From Candidatus Magasanikbacteria bacterium CG1_02_41_34 (GTDB taxonomy: Bacteria; Patescibacteriota; Patescibacteriia; Magasanikbacterales; UBA922), in contig MNVD01000025.1 of assembly GCA_001871445.1 (NCBI GenBank), positions 8,808-72,807 of the forward strand: a stretch of 64,000 nt of DNA, in the 5' to 3' direction. The position numbers and the translations under genes are program-made. Shown piece after piece: positions 1 through 8,556 of this stretch. Numbering within the stretch: position 1 is the first letter of the stretch; every line of letters begins with the position of its first letter. Below the pieces are notes generated by a model. It searched no databases and was not told the origin of the DNA. It saw only the letters and a list, made by a program, of their open reading frames with translations.

Positions 1-403
1 ATCCTTTTTCAATCACAAACTTTTTCAGTTCTTCTGGCAGTTGAAATCTGTATACTCCATTCTCTTTTTTTTCGAGAAGAGTAGCAATACCGTGCACATG
101 TCCAGAGACGAGATGTCCTCCTATTTCATCACCAACTTTTATCGAGCACTCAATGTTCAAGCTATCGTTTGTTTCCAAATCGTAAAGCGTTGTCAAATTC
201 AGCGTTTCATTGGTCAAATCAAATGATACTGTGTCATCTTGAATGCTGACCACAGTCAAACACACACCAGCCACACACACGCTCGCTCCTATCTGAAGAT
301 TACGGAGAGATACATCACTAAAGAGAAGTGTGAGCATTGCCCCGTGTTCATGTTTTTTACATGATGCGACCGTCGCTGTTGATTGTATAATGCCGGAAAA
401 CAT
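1..403 (-). CDS. ribE: riboflavin synthase (alpha chain), runs off the left edge
   Basis: Manual translation from CAT at 401-403: MFSGIIQ...GASVCVAGVCLTV...GDEIGGHLVSGHV, the lumazine-binding signatures. Not in the ORF track because it is truncated. Confidence 0.9.
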   Translation of the reverse strand, partial: MFSGIIQSTATVASCKKHEHGAMLTLLFSDVSLRNLQIGASVCVAGVCLTVVSIQDDTVSFDLTNETLNLTTLYDLETNDSLNIECSIKVGDEIGGHLVSGHVHGIATLLEKKENGVYRFQLPEELKKFVIEKG

Positions 404-473
404 AAAGATAATTTTTAATTCCTCATTCTTTATTCATACCACCATACTACGTTTCTCATGCGCGTTCGTCAAA

Positions 474-503
474 TTGACAACGTATTTTTATGTATAGTAT
501 ACT
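474..503 (+). promoter_or_regulatory. sigma70-type promoter
   Basis: TTGACA-18-TATACT upstream of ATG 532. Confidence 0.55.
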
Positions 504-531
504 CGATATGTATTCAATAAGAAGTAATACT

Positions 532-918
532 ATGGAGGAAAATATTACTCTCAAAGATGTATTCACTGCGGTGCAAGGCGTCAAGGATGAAGTGCGGGGT
601 CTGAAAAACGAGGTGCAAGGTGTGAAGGATGAGGTGCAAGGTGTGAAAGATGAAGTACAAGGTGTGAAGGATAAGGTGCAAAACCTCAAAGAACTTGTGC
701 TTGCAAACCAAGAAAGTATTGAATTTATCAAAGACAACGCTGTTACCAAAGATGAAATGAAAGAAGAACTTACGAAGGTTCGAAACGAAATCACAGAACA
801 TGTTGACGGTTTTGTTGGATTATACAAAGATCACGATACAGAGCTCGCCACTGTTATCTTACGTCAGCAAAGACAAGAGAAAAAGATAAAGAAAATTATG
901 GTGCATGTTGGTATGTAG
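532..918 (+). CDS. small coiled-coil protein with VQGVKDE heptad repeats
   Basis: ORF 490..918; ATG 532 preferred because it lies downstream of the promoter; five heptad repeats. Confidence 0.8.
   Translation: MEENITLKDVFTAVQGVKDEVRGLKNEVQGVKDEVQGVKDEVQGVKDKVQNLKELVLANQESIEFIKDNAVTKDEMKEELTKVRNEITEHVDGFVGLYKDHDTELATVILRQQRQEKKIKKIMVHVGM
571..681 (+). repeat. in-frame 21-bp tandem repeat, about 5.3 copies
   Basis: gtgcaaggtgtgaaggatgag-like units. Confidence 0.9.
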
Positions 919-947
919 CCAGACATGGCGTGATTGAAGAAGGGAGC

Positions 948-976
948 AAAAAACCCACCGAATCAGTGGGTTTTTT
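948..976. terminator. bidirectional intrinsic terminator
   Basis: aaaaaacccac-cgaatca-gtgggtttttt between convergent units. Confidence 0.8.
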
Positions 977-1081
977 GTTTTCATCAGCCAGCCATATCGT
1001 CGTGAAGAAACAGTACAGAGGAGAGAGACTTCCACGAATGGAAGGAATCTGTTCCGTGCCTTTACAGATGTGACTGACTTG

Positions 1082-1215
1082 TGAGAGAGTAAACGACCGA
1101 AGTGCCCATGAAGGGCGATTCGATCGCCTTTGAAACAATCATGAAAACATCATTGCTTTAAAGGATCGACGAGGAGTGCTGCTCGTCGTCGATCATGCAA
1201 AATTACAAAGAACAA
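1082..1215 (-). ncRNA. conserved multi-hairpin element, copy 1 (candidate structured RNA or 3' UTR module)
   Basis: Homologous to 5223-5403 with compensatory changes; cUUCGg loop on the - strand; strand not settled. Confidence 0.6.
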
Positions 1216-1282
1216 TTGAGTGCATTGTGTCAGCTCCTGGCAGAGCACTCAGCGAGGCCAGGAACTTTTTTGCGTGGGTCTA

Positions 1283-2842
1283 TCAGCGGCTGACGCTGCC
1301 GTGCCCGTCGCACGCGGTGCACGAGAGATCGAGCGTGCCGCTGGCCAGGAAGGCCTTAGCGGTGCTCTTGTCCACGCGCACGGTGTTGCCGCAGCCACAC
1401 CGGAAGCACCGCCCGCCGATGTCGGTGAATGTAGTGACCTTTCCGACGATGACCTGCGGCTCGGGCTCCGTGGGGGCTTTCACCACCTCCACGACTTGTG
1501 GAACCTCTTCCACGCGCTCCCGCCAGCGCATGTGGAGGTTCCACCCACCGTACTTCTGAAAGGCCAGAAGTTCGAGGGCCCCACCGGCACAAGCGACCCG
1601 GTAGATAACCTGCGCCTCCGCGTTATCACACCGCTCCCCGAAGGGCCGAGAATGATTCACGCGAGACACGTACCGGCGGTCGTCATAGGCCTGGTACATC
1701 TGGACGCCATTCCGACCGGCGATTCGGCCGTACGTCCACGACGCTGCGTCATACGACGAGACGCTTTTCAGGTCATCCGGCAGCTGGCTATGCGCCAGCA
1801 TGATGGCCTGAAAACGGACGGCTTCGTCGAGCAGACGCTGTTGCTCGAGGATGGCTGCTGCCTGTCGCTCGACCTCCTTTTTCTTGGCGCTCTCAGCCCT
1901 CTCCGAGGAGAGATCAACAAACGTGTGGAGCCTCGCGAGATCGGCGAGAGTGTACAAGAAGCTCTCGGAGAACTGAGCATCTGGTGCCTTCGCACAGAGG
2001 CAATCCTCGTGATCATAAAAAACGATCCCGAGCACCTCCATGCGAGGCTTGAGCGCCTCGAACCCTGCCTCGAATTCCTTCTTTTCGGTATTCTTTGCTT
2101 CCTCTTCGAGCACCTCGGCCTCGGTCCTGTCGACCTCGGCTTCGGTGTACTCGCGAAGATCCCAGATGGACTCTCCATAGTGGAACGTCTCATCTTCGAG
2201 GGTGATCCCCTTGAGCCCGATCGCCATGCGACGCTCGGACATGGACAGGAGACGTGGCTCGAAGACCGGCTTTTGCGTGGCATTCGCCGTACGCTGCCGA
2301 GCAGCCTCTGCTTGCTCCTCCGCCTCACGAGCTTTGCGCGCTTCGATCTCGCGCCAAGCCCCTTCGACGAAGGTCGCATCAAACGTCCCGACTTCTCGCC
2401 CTGTCTCCCTATCGAATTTGGAGGGCACTCGTGTTGCCACGAGCGTCCGATCCTTGTTCGGTCGGGAGATGAGGTAGCACTCTACGTTCTTCGCCCTTCC
2501 GGCGGTGTGGACGTAGAGCACATCCCCGGGCAACAAGGCCCAGAGCGACTGTTGAAGCTCGCCGATCTGCTCCCACGAGCCGGCGAGTGTTTTTTTTACT
2601 CGCTCCCACAGAAGCTTCGGCTGCCCAGCACGTCGCTGAGCGGTCGCCCCTCCCATGGTCGTGCCGTGCGGTCCGTACGGCCGCACGTACACCACCACGG
2701 CACCCTGCGGTGCTGTGGCCGCGACCTCCCGTGCCACCTGAGGCACGGCAGTCTTGGCGAAATCCGCAACGAAAAATTCTCCAATCCCCTGCTCGGGGAC
2801 AAGGAGGGTCTCAACGGTCTTGTTGGTGTTCTGGTTCGCCAT
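1283..2842 (-). CDS. GC-rich hypothetical protein with C-terminal Zn-ribbon-like motif (CxCG...CxxC)
   Basis: ORF 1283..2890; start moved to MANQN at 2842, which follows GAGAGGAGG; tandem TGA-TAG stops. Confidence 0.8.
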   Translation of the reverse strand: MANQNTNKTVETLLVPEQGIGEFFVADFAKTAVPQVAREVAATAPQGAVVVYVRPYGPHGTTMGGATAQRRAGQPKLLWERVKKTLAGSWEQIGELQQSLWALLPGDVLYVHTAGRAKNVECYLISRPNKDRTLVATRVPSKFDRETGREVGTFDATFVEGAWREIEARKAREAEEQAEAARQRTANATQKPVFEPRLLSMSERRMAIGLKGITLEDETFHYGESIWDLREYTEAEVDRTEAEVLEEEAKNTEKKEFEAGFEALKPRMEVLGIVFYDHEDCLCAKAPDAQFSESFLYTLADLARLHTFVDLSSERAESAKKKEVERQAAAILEQQRLLDEAVRFQAIMLAHSQLPDDLKSVSSYDAASWTYGRIAGRNGVQMYQAYDDRRYVSRVNHSRPFGERCDNAEAQVIYRVACAGGALELLAFQKYGGWNLHMRWRERVEEVPQVVEVVKAPTEPEPQVIVGKVTTFTDIGGRCFRCGCGNTVRVDKSTAKAFLASGTLDLSCTACDGHGSVSR

Positions 2843-3007
2843 GATATCCTCCTCTCCCGTACGCGGGAAGGTGATTTCTCTCTCACACATACCCCATGGC
2901 AGGAAGTACAGAGAAAATGTATTTGTATTGCAGTGGTGTGTGAGGTATCCACTACAATAGGAAAATCCCTTTTAAACCTTCAATCTTTATTAAAAATTTG
3001 AAAGGGA

Positions 3008-3047
3008 TGGCGAGAGTGAATTAAATTCAACTCTCGCCAAAAAAAAA
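3008..3047. terminator. hairpin between the first two GC-rich genes
   Basis: tggcgagagtgaatt-aaattcaactctcgcca followed by an A-tract. Confidence 0.55.
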
Positions 3048-3138
3048 CGAATGCAAAATTTCAAAGAACAAAGTGGAGTTGTTTCTTTATCCTCCCCTTC
3101 GTACTCCATGACGAAGGAGAGCAGATTTTAGGAGAAGT

Positions 3139-4971
3139 TTAGTTGCCCGGCTTCTCCTCGGGCTTGAGCGCCCCGCCGGCCACCTCGTCGAGCTTGCCGC
3201 CGTTGTTGCGGACGGCGATGCCCGAGTCGAGGTGGAGCTCCTCCCCCTCACCAATCAACGCGACCACCATGGTCTCGTTATGCTTGTTGGTGGAGGCCGA
3301 GAGGCTCCAGGCCGCCGCGGTCCCGGTGGACCGGTGCGAGATGGAGCTGCCGCTGCTGCGACGGCTCATCTGCACCCAGGAGGCGCCGCGCTTCCACGCG
3401 ATCATCCCCTGGCGGTTGCCCTCGTCCCACACCAGGTGCCCGCCCTTGTCCTTCTTTGACACGAGCCGCGCAGGGAGGTGCCAAACGCTCTCGGGGAACG
3501 GGACGTCCTCCGGGTCGGGGAGCTGCATGAGCAACTCGATCCGGTCCCGCAAGCGGTCGTCCACCGAGACGAACATCTGATCCCAGCTCGCACCACCCGG
3601 CTGCACGCGGAAGTAGAACCGTCCGAAACCCTTCTGCGGGTGACGGCCGAAGTTGGCCAGCCACGCGCGGGCGTCGAACGTCCCCTTCTCGCACCGCAGG
3701 GCGGTCTCGAGAGCGGAGAAGTTCACAGAGCTGTAGAGCGTCGCCTGGAGCTTGGTGCCGTTCCACTCCTTGACGGAGCGGATGGTCACCCAGCCGTCAG
3801 GATGCTGCGGGATCGTGGAGATGAGGTAGCCGGGCAGGACCGACCCCGCTCCCACTCGCCGGAAGCCCTCGCCGTTCCACTTGTACGTCTCGAGCTCGAT
3901 GATCTCACCCTTGTGGGTGATGACCAGCTTGCCCTTGATGTACGCGTGGGACTCGTCTGGCGTCTCCGGCAGCACCAGGAGGAGCTGCTCGCGGAAGAGC
4001 GGCCGGTAGTCGTACGTGTCACCGTACGTCTGGACCGCTTCGCGCGCGCACCGGATGAGGAACTCGATGTCCTCCTGCTCCTCGAGCCACTCCGTCGTCG
4101 GCGCCACCTTGGCCTGCGAGGGCTTCAGGTGTCCGTCGACGACGAGCTGCCAGGAGAACTTGGACTCACCGGCGATGTAGTCCGGCGAGCTGGCCGAGTT
4201 GAAACCCGTCCAGATCGTGCGCCCGAGCTGCTCGTACACCGCCGTGAGCGCGGCGTAGTCGCCGGTCTCGTGGAAGGCGTCGATGGCCTTGCGGCTCATC
4301 TCGACTTCATGCTGACGCTGAGCCGTCTCGCGCTTCTCCTGGACTCGGCGGCTGATCTCGTACGAGTCGAACCGCGCCGCCTTGAGCAGCTTCTCCGGCT
4401 TGTCGGCGGCCCAGGCGTCGAGGCGATCGCGGTAGGAATCCCCATCCTCGCCGTCCTCGATCTCGGGCCAGACCAGCTTGTCCGCCTGGAGCTGCGTCTT
4501 GCGCTGCTCCTCGGCGAACTGCTCAGCCGCGCCACTGGTGATGGCGTCCAGGACCTCTCTGGCCTGGCCACAGAACGTCGGGCAGCCCTTGCGGCCACCG
4601 AGATTCGGCAGCCGACTGCGCCAGCTCTCGGCCTGCGACCGCGGCATGGCCTCGATCTGCCGCTCGATGAGGTTGTCGAACGCGGTGCGAGCCCGGTTCG
4701 TCCCCTCCTGAGCGCGGTCGAGAGCCGCGACGAGCCGCTCCTTGCCGATGAGCTCGATGGCCGCCGCGGCCCACTCGAGCGCCGACTTCTCGAACTCGTC
4801 CATCGTGCGGGTCGACGGCGTGATGCCGCGCCCGCTTCCGTAGCTCTCCTCGTCACTGTGGGCGACCACCGCGGGGGTGGCGCCCTGGTTGTTGTCGATC
4901 TCGATGGCCGCCTTGACGGCCTGCTCCGGGGACACGAGTCCCTGCTTCAGGAGCTGCTCCAGGATGCTCAT
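3139..4971 (-). CDS. GC-rich hypothetical protein, 610 aa
   Basis: Long ORF with strong GC3 bias; GGAG before the ATG; no recognised family. Confidence 0.85.
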   Translation of the reverse strand: MSILEQLLKQGLVSPEQAVKAAIEIDNNQGATPAVVAHSDEESYGSGRGITPSTRTMDEFEKSALEWAAAAIELIGKERLVAALDRAQEGTNRARTAFDNLIERQIEAMPRSQAESWRSRLPNLGGRKGCPTFCGQAREVLDAITSGAAEQFAEEQRKTQLQADKLVWPEIEDGEDGDSYRDRLDAWAADKPEKLLKAARFDSYEISRRVQEKRETAQRQHEVEMSRKAIDAFHETGDYAALTAVYEQLGRTIWTGFNSASSPDYIAGESKFSWQLVVDGHLKPSQAKVAPTTEWLEEQEDIEFLIRCAREAVQTYGDTYDYRPLFREQLLLVLPETPDESHAYIKGKLVITHKGEIIELETYKWNGEGFRRVGAGSVLPGYLISTIPQHPDGWVTIRSVKEWNGTKLQATLYSSVNFSALETALRCEKGTFDARAWLANFGRHPQKGFGRFYFRVQPGGASWDQMFVSVDDRLRDRIELLMQLPDPEDVPFPESVWHLPARLVSKKDKGGHLVWDEGNRQGMIAWKRGASWVQMSRRSSGSSISHRSTGTAAAWSLSASTNKHNETMVVALIGEGEELHLDSGIAVRNNGGKLDEVAGGALKPEEKPGN

Positions 4972-5222
4972 TCCATTTCTCCAGGGCTTTCGCCCACATG
5001 CTCTTTCCCATTTGGAATGACCGAATGGTCTTCAGACGATGGTACGACGGTACCGTGTCTTATCCATCAGGATTGAGCAGATTCTAGGCACATCACTGTG
5101 CCCTTCTTCCAATTTTTTTAACGCAAAAAAACTCCTGAAGGGCACAGTATTATTTTTTATTATGTAAAGAACATAATATATTCCCAATTCTAAAATCTGA
5201 ATTCATAATTCTTCATTCGAAC

Positions 5223-5403
5223 TGAGAGAGTAAGCAACCGAAGTGCCCACGCGGGGCGATTCGGTCGCCTTTGGAAAAATGATTTTATGAAATCATTTCT
5301 CGGAAGGAACATCATATATACACATATTTTGTAATGAACCGTTGCCAAACCACAGAGTGATTTGGGCATCTTGGTCGACGAGGAGTGCTACTCGTCGTCG
5401 ATC
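5223..5403 (-). ncRNA. conserved multi-hairpin element, copy 2, with a ~65-nt insertion
   Basis: tgagagagtaa..accgaagtgccca..ggcgattcggtcgcctt..gtcgacgaggagtgct.ctcgtcgtcgatc shared with 1082-1194. Confidence 0.6.
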
Positions 5404-5453
5404 AAGTGCAATTTTGCCACAGTCTTCACCGCTGGGGCTCGGTTATATGTCGG

Positions 5454-5972
5454 CTAGAGAGGGAGGTACTCGTCCACCTCCTCGAAGCGGACCGGGGCGT
5501 GATTCACGCGCTCCGGGAACTTCGAGAGGATGGCCTCATCGTGGACGCGAACACCCACGACGTAATACACCCCGCGCTCTGCGCCGAACAGCTTCACGTG
5601 GTGGCGCCGAGCCACCGGGTTCACCGGCAACCGGGCCTCCTTCTGCGTCACGAACTTCCCCGTAAGCACCTGACCAAGCCATTGCTTGGTAAACTGCTCG
5701 AGGTCGTTCCCCGCGACACCGCGGGCCGCCGACCACACGCCCGCCACGTCCAGCCAATTGCTCCCATCGTGGGAGCAGACCGCCGTGTACCTGGGCAACA
5801 TCCACCACCAGAGGGCGGGGAGGCCGAAGAACAAGGCGGCGAGGCCCACGACCGAGTCGAGGCCGCTCTGGTCCCAGACGCCGTCGGCGGCGACGAGGAT
5901 GTCGTGCCCGAAGGCGGCGGCGATGGCGATGACGACGGCGCTGGCGATGACGACGGCGATGAGCTTCTTCAT
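5454..5972 (-). CDS. GC-rich membrane-anchored hypothetical protein
   Basis: AGGAGG SD; two N-terminal hydrophobic segments. Confidence 0.8.
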   Translation of the reverse strand: MKKLIAVVIASAVVIAIAAAFGHDILVAADGVWDQSGLDSVVGLAALFFGLPALWWWMLPRYTAVCSHDGSNWLDVAGVWSAARGVAGNDLEQFTKQWLGQVLTGKFVTQKEARLPVNPVARRHHVKLFGAERGVYYVVGVRVHDEAILSKFPERVNHAPVRFEEVDEYLPL

Positions 5973-6253
5973 GATGACCTCCTAAAAGGCAAAGCAAACT
6001 CACCAACATGGCGAGTTGCGAGAAGCAATCAAGTGACAGTACTCATTACTGTCAATTTCATTGCTTCTCACAACTATTTTTTCTAGTCAATTTAAATGAA
6101 CAACTTTCAAAAAAGTTTTTTCTCCAAAACTCTCGGAAAGCTAGGCGCGCAGACCATCTCAACCATCACGAAAAGATGATCTGTCACCATAGCCTTCTGA
6201 AAATTCTGCTGCTGCGAATTTCTTTCATGCACTATCTAACTAAATATATTTTC

Positions 6254-6391
6254 TCAAGTGCAAATGCGAAGAAGTAACTTCCAAAATGGGATTATTTTAT
6301 ATGTACACCCCGTGCCGTCACACTCCGCACAGTCATTCCAAAACAGTGGTAATGAATGTTTACACGTTGTACACAATGTTCGAATACTCAT
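6254..6391 (-). CDS. putative 45-aa zinc-finger microprotein
   Basis: Manual translation MSIRTLCTTCKHSLPLFWNDCAECDGTGCTYKIIPFWKLLLRICT (CxxC...CxxCxGxG). Confidence 0.45.
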   Translation of the reverse strand: MSIRTLCTTCKHSLPLFWNDCAECDGTGCTYKIIPFWKLLLRICT

Positions 6392-6416
6392 ACACACGTA
6401 TTTACTTGTCTACTTA

Positions 6417-6614
6417 CTACTTGTTACTTAATGAACATTCATCGCAATATATGCAAATGATGTCGCGAGTGTAAGAAAAATAAATTGGATCATACCGTTG
6501 TAAATAGTTTTCTGTATTTTTTTTGTTTGAAAGAACAATCATCAGTCTTGTTTTGCCAAGCAAAACATATTCTTCAATCTTTCTCTGCGTAATACAGAGT
6601 GTTCCCACTTTCAT
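6417..6614 (-). CDS. small hypothetical protein
   Basis: 65-aa ORF, co-oriented with neighbours, C-terminal CxxC. Confidence 0.3.
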   Translation of the reverse strand: MKVGTLCITQRKIEEYVLLGKTRLMIVLSNKKNTENYLQRYDPIYFSYTRDIICIYCDECSLSNK

Positions 6615-7248
6615 ACATCTTGCGATGTATGAAGGAGGAACGCACTCGGTACTACAGTTTCTGATGAGACTGTAGTCTGATCGAGAAGGAGTGCCTTACC
6701 AAATTTCTTTAGCAATCACTATCAACTCCCATCAGCATTCTCCGTAGCCAAAGCGTTGGAGAAGAAAACCAGATGTGTATCTCACATCGCCGGAAAGAAT
6801 CTCTCTCCATAAGTCACGTGGCGTGAGCTTTACGGGACCTTTCCTTTTCTCGGGCGATGCGGGATCAGACACTTGTAAAGATTTGTATGCGTCAGTAGCA
6901 GACTACAAACTTCCGCATCCTTGTTCGTCTCACAACAAGCGAGAGACGAACTCAGACGTTTTGGAAGGAACCTTGCTCCGACAGATATGGATGGCAGTAT
7001 GTGGTCGAACGATGAATCGGTGGTGTACTCTAGAAAGATGTACTGTGCCGTGTCGTTCTTTGTCCGCCTTGGGCGGATTATGACCTCTCTCCGTGTCATC
7101 CATGTCTGTAGAAACAAAAACACTCTCTTGGTGGAGAGAGTATTGAAAATTTTTAATTTCCTTGGGCTCTCTCCTTCCCTTGGATATCCGTATTTACATT
7201 ATAAGGTGGGGGTCAATCTCGCTTCCCCTTTTCTCATGTTGACGGAAT

Positions 7249-7277
7249 ACTATATCACGCAATGCGATATTTGTCAA
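7249..7277 (-). promoter_or_regulatory. leftward sigma70 promoter
   Basis: TTGACA-17-TATAGT on the - strand. Confidence 0.7.
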
Positions 7278-7363
7278 TACTGAGTGGATAGTTGTTGTGG
7301 ACATATCCATTTTTTTGCTTAATTAAAGCCTTTTTTTGTACAAAATAACCTGTCCAGATATAC

Positions 7364-7392
7364 TTGACAAATAATGCACGGTGTGCTATAAT
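7364..7392 (+). promoter_or_regulatory. consensus sigma70 promoter upstream of the TrmB-family gene
   Basis: TTGACA-17-TATAAT with extended TG. Confidence 0.85.
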
Positions 7393-7486
7393 ACTGCTAT
7401 ATTAAGCCAAAAAATCCGTCTTTTCATTCCAAACAATTTAGCAGTATACACGAAAAAATGGCTTATTTTAGAGAAAAAATAAAGTT

Positions 7487-7636
7487 CTCCCCCTATCAAG
7501 GGGGGTTGGAGGGGGTCTTCGAAGTCAACATACCCTGAATTGCACGTCTTACGTACTAAAGACCCCTGCCCGCAATGCTTTCCCGATTCAATCGGGATTG
7601 CAGGCGGGCCGCCTCAATCACCCCCTTAGTAAGGGG
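7487..7636. repeat. REP-like composite palindromic element, copy 1
   Basis: Palindromic arms; 47-bp core at 7563-7609 is the exact reverse complement of 15838-15884. Confidence 0.85.
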
Positions 7637-7773
7637 TTTAAGGCCCTAAAACTTATCCTCAAATAACTTTTTACTCACATTTTTCCCTTATTTTAGCCAA
7701 ATTCCCCATTTATCCCGCCTTTGGCAGGGATCCCGTCCAGGCGAAGCACTGGCGGGACTATTTACCAACCCAT

Positions 7774-8556
7774 ATGAACCAAACAACCCTCGACACCCTA
7801 AAAAAAGCAGGCATGGATGAAAAAACTGCCGAAATGTACCTTATTTTAGCAGAAAATGGGGAGAGCACCGTGCCTCAGATCCTAGAGCTTACACAGCTTT
7901 CTAGGGCCACCGTGTATGACGTGCTTCCACAGCTCCTCGCAGATGACTTTATTGAATATAGAAAGGATGGCCGAGTGGCCTACTATAGAGCCGTCCACCC
8001 CACAAAGCTCCTCGAGCTTCTGGATCAAAAAAAACGCCAACTCTCACTGCTCGAAGAAGAAATGACAGAGACTGTCCGCCAAGTAGTTGGAAGTTTTCAG
8101 CTGGCAAATAGTAAACCAGGAGTGAGGTTTTTTGAGGGAATTGAAGGCATTATGGAAGTCATAAATGATTCCCTGAGTGCAAAAGGAGACATCCTCACGT
8201 ATCTTGATGTCGAAGCAACTCAAAAGTATATATCAGGGCAAAATAAAGAGTATGTCAATAAACGTGTGGAGCTAGGCATTCACAAAAGAATGATCGCTCC
8301 CAACACACCAGCAACCAGAGAACGATACAGAAATTACAATCCAAATATTGAAGTGCGTCTCATGCCGCCAGATATAAAACCTTTTGAAACGAGTGTACAG
8401 ATGTACAACGACACAATTTCTTTTTCGTCACTCGATGAGGAAAAAATGATTGGAGTTCTTATTGAAGACAAGAAGATAGTCCAGCTACACAAATCTATTT
8501 TTGAATTCGTCTGGAAATCATTGCCAAAACTCACGTATTCTGACTCTGAGACCTAG
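7774..8556 (+). CDS. TrmB-family transcriptional regulator
   Basis: N-terminal wHTH (LSRATVYDVL), KPGVRFFEGIEG linker, C-terminal effector-type domain. Confidence 0.85.
   Translation: MNQTTLDTLKKAGMDEKTAEMYLILAENGESTVPQILELTQLSRATVYDVLPQLLADDFIEYRKDGRVAYYRAVHPTKLLELLDQKKRQLSLLEEEMTETVRQVVGSFQLANSKPGVRFFEGIEGIMEVINDSLSAKGDILTYLDVEATQKYISGQNKEYVNKRVELGIHKRMIAPNTPATRERYRNYNPNIEVRLMPPDIKPFETSVQMYNDTISFSSLDEEKMIGVLIEDKKIVQLHKSIFEFVWKSLPKLTYSDSET

Noticed and set aside
571-681. CRISPR array
   Set aside because: Contiguous in-frame 21-bp units with no spacers and no cas genes.
1220-3001. 593-aa + strand ORF, and likewise 3478..5076, 5385..6086 and 24673..25533
   Set aside because: Antisense shadows of GC3-biased genes; no SD and atypical composition, while the opposite strand has an SD and protein-like sequence.
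1082-6075. Integron cassette array or prophage
   Set aside because: No intI, integrase or phage genes; the repeats lack evident attC R-box ends (RYYYAAC/GTTRRRY).
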